A DNA stretch of 64,000 nt from Candidatus Bathyarchaeia archaeon (lineage in GTDB: Archaea; Thermoproteota; Bathyarchaeia; Bathyarchaeales; Bathycorpusculaceae): the NCBI GenBank assembly GCA_050010515.1, contig JBEKKX010000001.1:1-64000 (forward strand), written 5' to 3'. This document shows positions 21,235-31,604 of this stretch, one piece after another. Every line of letters starts with the position of its first letter. Position 1 is the first letter of the stretch. Below the pieces are notes generated by a model. That model did no database searches. It saw only the letters and a list, made by a program, of their open reading frames with translations, and was not told where the DNA came from. Both the position numbers and the translations under genes were made by a program.

Positions 21235-23256
21235 TTATTTGCCTCCTTTGACTAGGGGTTCTGCGAGCGCAGCCTCTACTTGACTCAAAACCTGGCTGGT
21301 GGTAAACTGCGGCATTTTGATGGCTCCGCTGGGGCAAGCTGGGCAACACAGTCCACATCCTTGGCACATTGCCTCTATAACTTCGGCTCTATATTTTGCT
21401 CCTTCTTCTGCTTTTTCGAGGTGAATCTCGATGGCGGCGAACGGGCAGATTGAACCGCATATGTTGCATCCGCTGCAGAGCTCCTTGTTTACCACGGCTT
21501 TCAATGGTTCGAGCTCAATTTCTCCGTTGGACAAAAGGTCTATGACCTTTGCCGCTGCTCCGCTTGCCTGTGCCACGGTGTCCGGAATGTCCTTCGGGCC
21601 CTGGCATGCGCCTGCAAGGAACACTCCGCTCATTGCGCTTTCGAGTGGCTTCAGTTTGGGATGAGCCTCGAGGAAGAATCCGTCAGCGCTTCTAGATGCG
21701 TGGACGAGGGCGCTCAGGTGTCCCATGTCTCTATTAGGAACTAGCCCTGTTCCGAGAACAACAAGGTCCGCGGTGATCTGCAGGAGCTTGTTTGTTCCTT
21801 TGTCGTAAACGTCAAAGTAGAGCGAACCGTCGGGCGAGCCATGAATTTCGGAGGGTATGCCTGCAATGAAGTCTATGTCCATGTCGCGCGCTCTCCGGTA
21901 GAACTCTTCGTAGCCCTTTCCGAAGGCCCTCAGATCGATGTAACAAACGTAGATTCTGACGTTTTCTTCAATTTTTTCTCGAGCCAGTATTGCCTGCTTC
22001 AGAGTTACCATGCAGCCCACTCGGCAACAGTATTCGTGGAAACGCTTATCCCGGGAACCCACGCATTGGACAAAAACGATTGTCTTCAGCATTTTGTGAT
22101 CTTTGGGTGTTACGATCTTGCCGCCTGTCGGTCCGGAAGCATCCGATATTCGCTCGAATTCTATGTTCGATATGACGTTTTTGAACCGCCCGTAACCGAG
22201 TTCGGCCATTTTAGAAGCATTAAAAACCTCGGATCCCACGGCTAAGATTATGGCGCCCACTTTAACCTGATTTACCTCGGGCTTCTGTTCAAAGTTTATT
22301 GCCATAGCCTCGCATGCATTTTGACATTTTGCGCACACTCCTTTGTTATACTTCAGCCTGAGGCAGTAATTCGGATTAATCATTGCGATTTTTGGAACCG
22401 CATGTGCCGAGTGTATGGATATTGCTCGTTTTTCGCTTAGGTTCTCGTTGAACTCGTCCGGAACTTTGACGGGGCAAACTCTTGTGCATAATTCGCAGCC
22501 GACGCATTTTTTTGCGTCTACGTACCGGGGTTTCTTGAAGATTGAAACCTCGTAGTTGCCGACGAACCCCTTCACTTCCATTACTTCTGCGTTTGTTAGG
22601 AGCATTATGTTCCTGTGCTTGGCTGCATCGACCATTTTAGGCGTTAGAATGCATGCGCTACAGTCGAGAGTTGGGAATGTCTTGTCGAGTTGTGACATTC
22701 GCCCGCCGATGCTGGGTGATTTCTCCACGAGATACACTTTGAACCCAGCGTTCGCCAAGTCCAGTGAAGATTGGATGCCCGCAATTCCTCCGCCCACAAT
22801 CAAGACACTTTTCTCGACTTTTACTCTGCGATTTTTAAGGGGTTCTAGAAGTCTCACCCGGGCTACGCCCATTCTAACGAGCCCTTCGGCTTTTTCTGTA
22901 GCCTTTTCGGGCTCATGCGTGTGGACCCAAGAGACGTGTTCCCGCAGGTTGACTATTTCGGTTAAGTACGGGTTGAGCCCGGTTTCCGAGACCGCTCTTC
23001 GGAAAGTGTCTTCGTGCATTTTGGGGGAGCAAGCCGCGATGACGATTCTGTCGATGCCCAGAGTCTTGATGTCATCTTGAACCATCCGTTGACCTGGCTC
23101 AGAACACATGTAAGTATAGTGTCTGGACACAGCCACGTCAGGTAAATTTTTGGCGTATTCGGCTACTTTCTCGACGTCAACGACGCCTGCAATGTTAAGA
23201 CCACAATGGCATACGTATACGCCTATTTTAGTCACTATAAAGCCGTCCCTGACCAT
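21235..23256 (-). CDS. hdrA: Heterodisulfide reductase subunit A (full length)
   Basis: GVYVCHCGLNI, ACSPKMHE, GGGIAG, LDKTFPTLDCSACIL, inserted and C-terminal ferredoxin domains, QCVGSRD...CCRVGC. Start is probably the GTG at about 23235. Confidence 0.95.
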   Translation of the reverse strand: MVRDGFIVTKIGVYVCHCGLNIAGVVDVEKVAEYAKNLPDVAVSRHYTYMCSEPGQRMVQDDIKTLGIDRIVIAACSPKMHEDTFRRAVSETGLNPYLTEIVNLREHVSWVHTHEPEKATEKAEGLVRMGVARVRLLEPLKNRRVKVEKSVLIVGGGIAGIQSSLDLANAGFKVYLVEKSPSIGGRMSQLDKTFPTLDCSACILTPKMVDAAKHRNIMLLTNAEVMEVKGFVGNYEVSIFKKPRYVDAKKCVGCELCTRVCPVKVPDEFNENLSEKRAISIHSAHAVPKIAMINPNYCLRLKYNKGVCAKCQNACEAMAINFEQKPEVNQVKVGAIILAVGSEVFNASKMAELGYGRFKNVISNIEFERISDASGPTGGKIVTPKDHKMLKTIVFVQCVGSRDKRFHEYCCRVGCMVTLKQAILAREKIEENVRIYVCYIDLRAFGKGYEEFYRRARDMDIDFIAGIPSEIHGSPDGSLYFDVYDKGTNKLLQITADLVVLGTGLVPNRDMGHLSALVHASRSADGFFLEAHPKLKPLESAMSGVFLAGACQGPKDIPDTVAQASGAAAKVIDLLSNGEIELEPLKAVVNKELCSGCNICGSICPFAAIEIHLEKAEEGAKYRAEVIEAMCQGCGLCCPACPSGAIKMPQFTTSQVLSQVEAALAEPLVKGGK

Positions 23257-23572
23257 GATTCGACTAATAGCGAAACTGAGAGCTGTCTATTATCTTTTCT
23301 GTTCAAATTGGGTGTGTATGAATAATGGTTTTTCACTTTTGGACAAACATGAATAACCGACAGTTTTCAAAGGTGCGTCGTCCGGGAGACGAAGATGCTG
23401 GTGCTGCCAACTGTTAACTTTCACTTAACTTTTGAGCAAAACGCTCCATCTTGAATACTTATCAGTCACTGTATTCGAGACATTTGCGCGCGCGAAATAA
23501 ATACCGCAAACGTTAAATGTTACCACACTCTCTCTCCAAGAGAAAAAATCCGTCTGCTACGAGGGCTTAGTC

Positions 23573-24250
23573 TTGGCTAAAAGTCAAATAGTGACTGAGT
23601 TGAAGAACTCGGCCTTGCTAGTCGGCAAGTTGTATCCAGTACTCGTCGATAAGAACGGCGAGGTTATTGACGGACAACATCGCCTCGAAGCAGATCCGAC
23701 CTGGCCGAAGATAGAAGTCCAAGGTATGAGATCCAAAGAGCAGCTGCTTCTAGCTAGACTCATAAGCAATGTGTGCCGGCGAAGTGTCCCTTCCTCGGAG
23801 AAGACTGAAATGCTTGGAAAGCTCGGACACCTATATCTGGAGCGAGGATTACCCATTAGCAGAATTGTGAGAGAGATTTCCGAGAAAACTGGAATGAGTT
23901 ACAGGTGGGTTATGAAGTATGCCCCGGACGAGCTGAAAGCAAGACCTGGGCTCGGCGGACCAAAAAGTGTAAAAGACGTTTACGAAAGTAAAGTTGCACG
24001 GCTTGCAACCGCCGACGATCAGTTATTCGTAGAACCCTTGGACAGAGTTGCGAAAATCGCGAACTATTCAAACACAAATTTTGCCACTATAATGGTTGAA
24101 AAACAGTTTTACCTGAGGCTTAAACACGCGTCCACAGAACTCGGAGTAGACTTGGACGTTATTGTCAACAATGCGTTGCTTCTGACGTTCCAGAAACTTG
24201 TAAAGTTAGCCAAGCAGAGCAGTACCCCTGCAGGTGACTTGCCGCTTTAA
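23573..24250 (+). CDS. ParB/Sulfiredoxin-like N-terminal domain protein with HTH and a possible C-terminal ribbon-helix-helix
   Basis: PVLVDKNGEVIDGQHRLEA (ParB-box GxxR), followed by EISEKTGMSYRWV HTH-like segment. Confidence 0.75.
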   Translation: MAKSQIVTELKNSALLVGKLYPVLVDKNGEVIDGQHRLEADPTWPKIEVQGMRSKEQLLLARLISNVCRRSVPSSEKTEMLGKLGHLYLERGLPISRIVREISEKTGMSYRWVMKYAPDELKARPGLGGPKSVKDVYESKVARLATADDQLFVEPLDRVAKIANYSNTNFATIMVEKQFYLRLKHASTELGVDLDVIVNNALLLTFQKLVKLAKQSSTPAGDLPL

Positions 24251-24760
24251 GGGGAACCTCGACAACTCAAAATGCCGGCAAAATTCAACGAAAAATATAA
24301 GCACATCTCTATGATTGATCCAGAATATGGGTATAGGCTAATTCCAGAACGCATCATTATCAGAAACAAAGAGGCATAAGACACCAAGGAAGGACGAAGC
24401 GAGTCTAGCTTGGCGCTCCTTTCAAGGGGCACGTTTTTCAGATAGCAATAACTAGCGTAAGTCGCTTCGATCCATGCTCAATTGATTCCTTTAGATGGTG
24501 ACTGCCCCTCTGGAATGAGTCCCAGTGTAGTTGTATTAAAATGAGCCTTAAGCGCGTTTCGATTTTTCTTTTGGTGATTAGTTTGTCTCATCACAGAAGA
24601 TGCAACCACCCGGGCTCATTTACTTTTAGTATCAAGCGCGCCCTTTTCCGCCAAAAATCCTCATCAACCCAAAAGTAATAGGTTCACCAAAAGCAGCCCG
24701 ATCAACCGAAGAAACCAGAACTCTTTTATCTTTACTCTTAAATACACGAATATTGTAGAA

Positions 24761-26383
24761 ATGCCCTCGAGAATTGAGATGTCGGATAAGGAAGGACTCA
24801 ATGTGTGCTCTTATAGAATAACCGAGGGTAAATCTTCTAACGATTTTTCGCAGAACCCGACCATACCTGATGCTTCACTCACTAGAAACGGAGTTGAAAA
24901 AAAAAAGGGTCCTTGTGATTTTGAAAACCTCATCGTCGAGACCTCAAAATCCTCCTTGGCAAGACCATTAGACTCTGAGAAGCTGAAAGGCTGTCAGGAA
25001 TGTGGGGTGTGTACTGGAGGTTGCCCAGTTGCGTGGATGGTTCCTAACTATTTCAATCCACGTCAGCTTCTTCAGAGAAGCGTGCTTGACTTCAGGCAAA
25101 TTTCACAAGATGTTGGACTCTGGCTCTGCGCGCGATGCTACAGGTGCTATAATAGATGCCCCCAAATGCTCGATCTGCCACAGATATTTTCTATAATGAG
25201 AAGTCTCGCCATTGAATTGGGTTATCTATCTGACCCACTGAGCAAACTTGACGAAGCCTTGAAAATAATCGAAGAAGAAATTTCTTTGTCGGCAGTTTAC
25301 GCATGGCTCAGTCTATATCCTTATGAACTGGACAGCAAGCACAAAGAGGCTGACAAGTTTATTATTGAGAAACTTCAAAGTTTCCTTGCTAGTCGCAAGG
25401 CAAAAAAACCAACAACCACAACTGCAACACAATCCGAGAAGATAGCAATAGTCGGTTCCGGTCCAGCGGGACTCACTGCTGCCTGTGAATTAGTCAAAAG
25501 AGGATATTCTGTAACAGTCTTCGAGTCGTTACCTTTTCCAGGAGGAATGTTAAGAGTGGGAATTCCCGATTACAGATTGTCAAAAGAAGCGCTTGAAGCT
25601 GATTTAGGCTACATTAAAGGCCTAGGAGTTGAGATCAGAACCAACGTGATGGTTGGTAGGGACGTAACAATCGACGGACTCTTGAAAGAAAAGTATGGGG
25701 CGATATTCATAGCTATTGGAGCTCACAAGAGCGTGAATATTGACATTGAAGGCAGAGAACTAGGAGGAGTTTTTCAAGCGCTAGACTTATTTAGAAAACT
25801 TCACATGGGCGAGCGAATTAATATGGGGCAAAAAGTTGCTGTAATTGGTGGAGGCAACGTTGCAATTGACGCCGCCAGAACCGCCCTCAGACTCGGAGCC
25901 AAAGAGGTCAACGTTTTGTACCGGAGGTCGCGTATTGAGATGCCTGCAAGTCCATCAGAAGTCAAAGAGGCAGAAATGGAAGGAGCTAAAATTCATTTCT
26001 TGGTTACACCAACTAGGATCTTGGGTAACGACAACAGAATTGAAGGGGTTAAGTGCATTCACATGCAGTTGGGAGCGCTCGACGAGACAGGCAGGAGACG
26101 ACCGATACCTATTGACGGGTCGGATTACACTCTAGATGTTGACACGATAATACTAGCAATTGGAGAGACCTCAGATCTTTCGTTTTTGCCCAAAGACGTC
26201 ACAATTGTTGGAAAAAATACTATTGCTGTTGACCCTATGACTATGGAAACAAGTTCTCCTAAAATGTACGCTGGTGGAGACGTAGTATCAGGTCCTGCTT
26301 CGGTGGTAGATGCTTTGGCTGCTGGAAAAAGAGCTGCAGATTCAATTGATCGTCAGCTAAGAGGTGAAACCAGAGTTGGATGA
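24761..26383 (+). CDS. Fusion of an HdrC-like 2x[4Fe-4S] domain with a GltD/NfnB-like FAD/NAD(P)H oxidoreductase
   Basis: CQECGVCTGGCP and LWLCARCYRCYNRCP, then GSGPAGL, GIPDYRL, IGGGNVAIDAAR, YRRS..MPA, GGDVVSGPA. Start uncertain. Confidence 0.85.
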   Translation: MPSRIEMSDKEGLNVCSYRITEGKSSNDFSQNPTIPDASLTRNGVEKKKGPCDFENLIVETSKSSLARPLDSEKLKGCQECGVCTGGCPVAWMVPNYFNPRQLLQRSVLDFRQISQDVGLWLCARCYRCYNRCPQMLDLPQIFSIMRSLAIELGYLSDPLSKLDEALKIIEEEISLSAVYAWLSLYPYELDSKHKEADKFIIEKLQSFLASRKAKKPTTTTATQSEKIAIVGSGPAGLTAACELVKRGYSVTVFESLPFPGGMLRVGIPDYRLSKEALEADLGYIKGLGVEIRTNVMVGRDVTIDGLLKEKYGAIFIAIGAHKSVNIDIEGRELGGVFQALDLFRKLHMGERINMGQKVAVIGGGNVAIDAARTALRLGAKEVNVLYRRSRIEMPASPSEVKEAEMEGAKIHFLVTPTRILGNDNRIEGVKCIHMQLGALDETGRRRPIPIDGSDYTLDVDTIILAIGETSDLSFLPKDVTIVGKNTIAVDPMTMETSSPKMYAGGDVVSGPASVVDALAAGKRAADSIDRQLRGETRVG

Positions 26384-27773
26384 GATATTGAAACCGAAGG
26401 AAGCTGTCCTCATAATTGGAGGTGGAATTTCAGGAATCCAAGCGGCATTAGATGTGGCAGACCGAGGTTATAAGGCCTTTATTCTTGATTCTTCGCCAAG
26501 CATCGGAGGAGTCATGGCTAGTCTAGATAAGACTTTTCCTACAAATGACTGCTCAATCTGCATTGAGGCACCCAAGATGGTAGAAGCGTTGAGACACCCC
26601 AATATTGAATTGTTGACATATTGCGAAGTCAGGCAAGTAGAAGGTTCTGTTGGAAACTTCAAGGTGACAATACTGAAGAAACCGAGGTATGTCGACGAGA
26701 AGAAGTGCCGAGGTTGCGGAAAATGCACCGAAGCTTGCCCGATTACATTATCAAGCGAGTTTGATTATGGTATTGGAAACAGGAAAGCAGTATATTTGCC
26801 ATTTCCTCAAGCCGTTCCAATGATAACAACGATAGATCCTCTTTGTCGAAAGGGTGAATACCGGAAGATTGGTTCATGCATTGGAACATGCTTGACAGAT
26901 TGTAGCCAATGTCGCAAGTGCCCAATAGCAAAATGCGTCCAAGCGTGCCATGATGAGGGCTGCGACGCCATTATGCTTTGGCAAAGGCCGAAGAAGATCG
27001 AGATAGAGGTAGGAAGCATAATAGTAGCAAATGGATTCGAGGTACTAAGACCCATCACCAAGACTAACTATGGATATGGCGTCCACAGGAACGTGATCCT
27101 TGCCCCACAGTTTGAAAGAATACAATGTGCCTCAGGTCCAACCCGTGGGAGAGTCTCTAGACCGTCCGACAATGAACATCCAAAAAAGATAGCTTGGATT
27201 CAATGCGTTGGTTCTATGGACATGAGGACTGGTGTGAAATACTGTTCAAAAATCTGCTGTGCGTATACAGCAAAAGAAGCAATAATAACCAAAGAACATG
27301 ATCCAGATGTTGAAACTTACATTTTTCACACTCAGCTAAAGACGTATGGAAAAGGTTTTTGGGAGTACTTCCAGAGAGCGAAAGAAGTTGGCGTCAAATA
27401 CATCAGGGGCAGGCCCGCCGAGATCAAGGAGGACCCAAAAACTAAGGATTTGGTCATAGAATACGAGGATTTGGACACTAGCAAACATGGGGAGATCAGA
27501 GTAGATTTGGTCGTCCTCTCTACCGCTATTATTCCGAGCAAAGGAAACGAGGAACTGGCTAAGATACTAGGAATAGAACTGGATGAATGTGGTTTTTTCA
27601 AAGAGAAGGAACCCTTTTCATCCCCATTAGAAACAAAGGTTGAGGGAATTTTCCTCTGTGGCTGTTGTATGGGGCCAAGAGATATTCCGGAGTCTAGCTC
27701 TGAGGCCAGCGCTGCAGCTGCAAAAGCTGTCAGCTCGATTATTCGAGCGAAAGGTGTGAAATATGGAAGTTAA
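26364..27773 (+). CDS. HdrA-like flavoprotein lacking N-terminal and C-terminal domains
   Basis: Starts at GGGISG, LDKTFPTNDCSICI, Cys-rich inserted ferredoxin domain, QCVGS...YCSKICC; overlaps both neighbours. Confidence 0.88.
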   Translation: MKPELDEILKPKEAVLIIGGGISGIQAALDVADRGYKAFILDSSPSIGGVMASLDKTFPTNDCSICIEAPKMVEALRHPNIELLTYCEVRQVEGSVGNFKVTILKKPRYVDEKKCRGCGKCTEACPITLSSEFDYGIGNRKAVYLPFPQAVPMITTIDPLCRKGEYRKIGSCIGTCLTDCSQCRKCPIAKCVQACHDEGCDAIMLWQRPKKIEIEVGSIIVANGFEVLRPITKTNYGYGVHRNVILAPQFERIQCASGPTRGRVSRPSDNEHPKKIAWIQCVGSMDMRTGVKYCSKICCAYTAKEAIITKEHDPDVETYIFHTQLKTYGKGFWEYFQRAKEVGVKYIRGRPAEIKEDPKTKDLVIEYEDLDTSKHGEIRVDLVVLSTAIIPSKGNEELAKILGIELDECGFFKEKEPFSSPLETKVEGIFLCGCCMGPRDIPESSSEASAAAAKAVSSIIRAKGVKYGS

Positions 27774-29868
27774 ACCTAGTGATGAGCCGCGAATCGGAGT
27801 GTTCGCATGCGATTGCGGAAGTAACATCAGAGGAGTAGTTGATATACCAAAAATAGTTGAATACGCGAAAACTCTTCAAAACGTTGTACACTCCGAAGAA
27901 ACAACATTCTTATGCTCTGCGGATTTTCAGTCGAAGATAAAGGAACGAATAACGGAACTGAATCTGAACAGAGTAGTGGTTGCATGTTGCACGCCCAAAA
28001 CCCATGAAGGACTTTTTAGAGAAACATGCAAGGAAGCTGGATTAAACCCGTATCTGCTCGAATTTGTAAGCATTAGAGAGCACTGCTCATGGGTGCATAT
28101 GCACGAACCGAAGGAGGCAACTGAAAAAGCCAAGGACCTAATTAGGATAGGAGTCGCGAAAGCTCGTTTGCTCGAACCACAGGAAGAACTGAGAATCCCG
28201 GTCGGACAGGAAAGTCTCATAATCGGCGGAGGTATCGGGGGAATGACCGCTGCGATAACTCTCGTCGACATGGGATTTAAGGTAAAGCTTGTCGAGAGAG
28301 AAGAAGAACTAGGCGGCATGTTAAAGAAGATTTTTAGAATCTTTCCGCATGATGTCGCGTCTGAAAGAATTATCGGACCATTGATAAAAGCAGTACGCGA
28401 GAAAGAGAACATCGTAGCATACACTGGAACAGAAGTCACGGAAATAAGCGGATATATCGGAAAGTATCATGTGAAGATTCGAAACAAGAAAAAAGGCTCA
28501 GAAGATGAGTTTGAAGTTTCAACAATTATCGTAGCCACTGGCGCGAAAGAGATAGATCCTACTGGACACTACGGTTATGGCAAGTTCGACAACGTGATCA
28601 CTCAACTTCAACTCGAAAAGATGCTGAAGGAGGGAACAATGAAGAAACCACGGAATATTGTGATGATTAACTGTGTCGGTTCCAGAGAAGAAGGGGCAAA
28701 TAACTATTGCTGCAATGTAGGATGTCGGACTTCCTTGAAAAATGCAAAATACCTCAAAGAGTTGTACTCTGACACAAACATCTACGTTCTCTATAGAGAT
28801 TTTATGATATTCGACGCAGAAGAGCAGAAGTATTTTGAAGATACCAAAGGAAAAATGGTCAATTTCATCAGATATTCAGACACTCAAAAGCCGGAAGTCT
28901 ACATGAATAATGGAAAGCTAATTGTCGAGGTGAATGCGCCTCAACTGAATAGCAAGGTCAGAATTGAAGCAGATCTTGTAGTTTTGACCGTGGCACTCGA
29001 AGGTGCTGACGGGGTTAAGGAACTTCGGGAAATGCTCAAAGTTCCGGTTGGTGCTGGGGGATTTTTTAGAGAAGGCCACGTAAAGTTGCAACCACTCAGC
29101 TTTGCAACAGAAGGCATCTATCTTTGCGGTGCTGCACATTCACCAAAAGGAATCGTGGACACTATTCACCAAGCGAGCGGAGCGGCCATGAAGGCATCAA
29201 TCCCCATGGCAAGAGGTTTCGTCAAAGCTGAGGGAATAACTTCCATAATCAATCTAGAATTATGTAAGAAATGTGGTCTCTGCGCAAAATTCTGCTCGTA
29301 TGGAGCCATTACGTTAAGTTCTGATAAGACGCCACAGAGCATTCCAGCTTTGTGCAAAGGTTGCGGTACATGTGCTGCAGAATGCCCAAGCGACGCTATA
29401 ACCATGAGACACTACACCGATGCACAGATAATGGCTCAAATAGATGCCGCCCTTGCTGAGCGTCCAGAGGAAAAGATTTTGGCTTTCTGCTGCAACTGGT
29501 GCAGTTATGCCGCCGCGGATCTTGCAGGAGTCAGCAGGTTTCAGTATCCTACAAATATACGTATAATAAGGGTCATGTGCTCCGGCAGAGTGGACCGTGA
29601 TTTCATATTTAGAGCTTTTGAAAAAGGCGCCGGGATGGTCCTTGTGGCAGGCTGTGATTTCCCTACTTGCCATTACATCTCCGGAAATTATGCTGCTAAA
29701 GAGAGGACTGAACGTCTAAAAAGAAGGCTGGAATCAAAAGGAATAAACTCGGAAAGACTAAGGGTAGCATGGATCTCTGCTGCAGAGGGAAAAAAATTCG
29801 CCGATCTCATCAATGAAATGGTTGAACAAATGAAGCAACTGTCTGCCCACACCCCAAAGGTCAACTGA
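27763..29868 (+). CDS. HdrA-MvhD fusion protein
   Basis: GVFACDCGSNI, CCTPKTHE, GGGIGG, NCVGSR..CCNVGC, C-terminal ferredoxin, then FCCNWCSYAAAD...VMCSGRVD (MvhD). Lacks the central inserted ferredoxin. Confidence 0.9.
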   Translation: MEVKPSDEPRIGVFACDCGSNIRGVVDIPKIVEYAKTLQNVVHSEETTFLCSADFQSKIKERITELNLNRVVVACCTPKTHEGLFRETCKEAGLNPYLLEFVSIREHCSWVHMHEPKEATEKAKDLIRIGVAKARLLEPQEELRIPVGQESLIIGGGIGGMTAAITLVDMGFKVKLVEREEELGGMLKKIFRIFPHDVASERIIGPLIKAVREKENIVAYTGTEVTEISGYIGKYHVKIRNKKKGSEDEFEVSTIIVATGAKEIDPTGHYGYGKFDNVITQLQLEKMLKEGTMKKPRNIVMINCVGSREEGANNYCCNVGCRTSLKNAKYLKELYSDTNIYVLYRDFMIFDAEEQKYFEDTKGKMVNFIRYSDTQKPEVYMNNGKLIVEVNAPQLNSKVRIEADLVVLTVALEGADGVKELREMLKVPVGAGGFFREGHVKLQPLSFATEGIYLCGAAHSPKGIVDTIHQASGAAMKASIPMARGFVKAEGITSIINLELCKKCGLCAKFCSYGAITLSSDKTPQSIPALCKGCGTCAAECPSDAITMRHYTDAQIMAQIDAALAERPEEKILAFCCNWCSYAAADLAGVSRFQYPTNIRIIRVMCSGRVDRDFIFRAFEKGAGMVLVAGCDFPTCHYISGNYAAKERTERLKRRLESKGINSERLRVAWISAAEGKKFADLINEMVEQMKQLSAHTPKVN

Positions 29869-30026
29869 TCTGCCTAACTTTCGATTCAGAAATCAAATTG
29901 CAAAAGCAGGACGAAAACATTTTATACCAAATTAACGGTTAAGCCTCTCGCGCACAGGAAGCTGGTGGGAATTCACCGGAGAACCTTTGTGTTGCGTAAA
30001 ATTCGATAGCAGGTTGACGTGAATAA

Positions 30027-31184
30027 ATGACTAGAAACGTTGCCGTAGTCGGTGTAGGACAGACACCTTTTACTCGTGCGTGCGGAGTCTCAATTCGTGA
30101 ACTGGCTTTTGATGCTTACAAAGAAGCCTTAGATGATGCTCGAAACTTGGTTACAAAGGAGATTGATGCATCAATAATCTGCTCAGCACCAGAATATGAC
30201 AAGCAACGATCGCCGGCTGGGCTGATTGCAGAATACCTCGGCTTGAACCCTCAGCCAACCTTCTGCATCGAAGCAATCTGCGCTTCCAGCACCGTTGGCA
30301 TCAGGAGCGCCTGGGCGCTCATAAGCTCTGGGCTTCACGACATAGTTGCAGTGATAGGATTCCAAAAAATGTCTGAGCTCACTTCAGCAGAATCTCAAGA
30401 AAGAATGCTGCGCGGCGGAGATATTGTTTGGGAATCTCCATTTGGCCCCACGATGCCATCATATTACGCCATGTTGGCCCAAGCACACATCAACAAATTC
30501 GGAACAACCGAGGAACAACTCGCGCTAGTTAGGAAAAAGAGCAGCGGGTACGGCGCAACAAACCATAAGGCCATGTTCCAAAAGGAGGTAACGGTCGAGC
30601 AAGTTTTGACTTCAAAGGTCATATCGTCGCCACTAAAATTGTTTGATTGCTGCAGCAACGCGGATGGCGCCTCTTGCACAATTCTAGCCAGCGACAAGGT
30701 CGCCAGAAAAATCAACGACACACCTATCTGGATTACTGGCTTGGGATTAGCTTCTGCCTCCATGACGCTGGCTGGACGAGAGACCTACACTTCGCTTACA
30801 TGTGCAAAAAATGCGGCACAGCAAGCCTACAAAATGGCCAAAATTGAACCTAAGCAAGTAGATGTGGCTCAAGTTCACGACTGCTTCACTGTAGCGGAAA
30901 TTCTCGCATATGAGGATCTAGACTTCTGCGCGCGAGGAGAAGGAGGCAAACTGATACAAAACGGAGAAACCTACGTTGGCGGAAAAATTCCCGTAAACAC
31001 GGACGGCGGCCTGTTGTCCAAGGGGCATCCTATTGGTGCCACCGGAGGATCCCATGTAAGAACAATCGTGCGACAACTAAGAGGCGAAGCCGGATCAACC
31101 CAAGTTAACAATGCCGAGATAGGTCTAGTGCACAATGTAGGCGGCGCGGGCATTTACGGGTCAGTGCTAATACTAAGGAGATGA
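30027..31184 (+). CDS. Archaeal/SCP2-type thiolase
   Basis: EAICASS (catalytic Cys), DGAS, VHDCF, KGHPIGATG, HNVGG. Confidence 0.92.
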   Translation: MTRNVAVVGVGQTPFTRACGVSIRELAFDAYKEALDDARNLVTKEIDASIICSAPEYDKQRSPAGLIAEYLGLNPQPTFCIEAICASSTVGIRSAWALISSGLHDIVAVIGFQKMSELTSAESQERMLRGGDIVWESPFGPTMPSYYAMLAQAHINKFGTTEEQLALVRKKSSGYGATNHKAMFQKEVTVEQVLTSKVISSPLKLFDCCSNADGASCTILASDKVARKINDTPIWITGLGLASASMTLAGRETYTSLTCAKNAAQQAYKMAKIEPKQVDVAQVHDCFTVAEILAYEDLDFCARGEGGKLIQNGETYVGGKIPVNTDGGLLSKGHPIGATGGSHVRTIVRQLRGEAGSTQVNNAEIGLVHNVGGAGIYGSVLILRR

Positions 31185-31190
31185 ACCATT

Positions 31191-31604
31191 ATGAGTCTTG
31201 AAAAATTCGGAACAGTCAGCTATACGAAGGAATCACGGGTTAACGACTTCGTAAAACACTTGGAAGAAGGCAAGGTTATGGCGACTAAATGCAAGGAATG
31301 CGGAAGGATTTCCTTTCCACCAAGAGCAGACTGCGTCGATTGCATGTCAAAGGATTTTGAATGGAAGGAGCTGAAACGCAAAGGCAAGCTACTCACATAT
31401 ACGATTGCCCAGTTCGCGCCGACCGGCTTCGAAAACGAAGCTCCATATGTGTTAGCTCTTGTAGAACTGGAAGAGGGCTTACACATGCTAGCACACATGA
31501 GTAAAAATGTTAAACCAGAAGAAATCAAGATCGGCATGGATTTGAAGGTAGTTCCGGTTAAACGTCCAGATGGCAGAGTTACCATCACTTTTGAAAAAGC
31601 CTGA
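31191..31604 (+). CDS. DUF35 Zn-ribbon/OB-fold thiolase partner protein
   Basis: CKECG...PPRADCVDC, GKLLTYT, PYVLALVELEEG. Confidence 0.92.
   Translation: MSLEKFGTVSYTKESRVNDFVKHLEEGKVMATKCKECGRISFPPRADCVDCMSKDFEWKELKRKGKLLTYTIAQFAPTGFENEAPYVLALVELEEGLHMLAHMSKNVKPEEIKIGMDLKVVPVKRPDGRVTITFEKA

Noticed and set aside
23372-23393. GGTGCGTCGTCCGGGAGACGAA resembles the reverse complement of the tRNA-Gly 3' end (possible att site)
   Set aside because: Only 15 of 22 positions match, with mismatches in both the acceptor stem and T-loop; too weak to call.
19385-29868. Selenocysteine in HdrA/MvhD, or a class II benzoyl-CoA reductase (Bam) complex
   Set aside because: All frames are open with Cys codons, and no tungsten AOR-family BamB gene is in the window.
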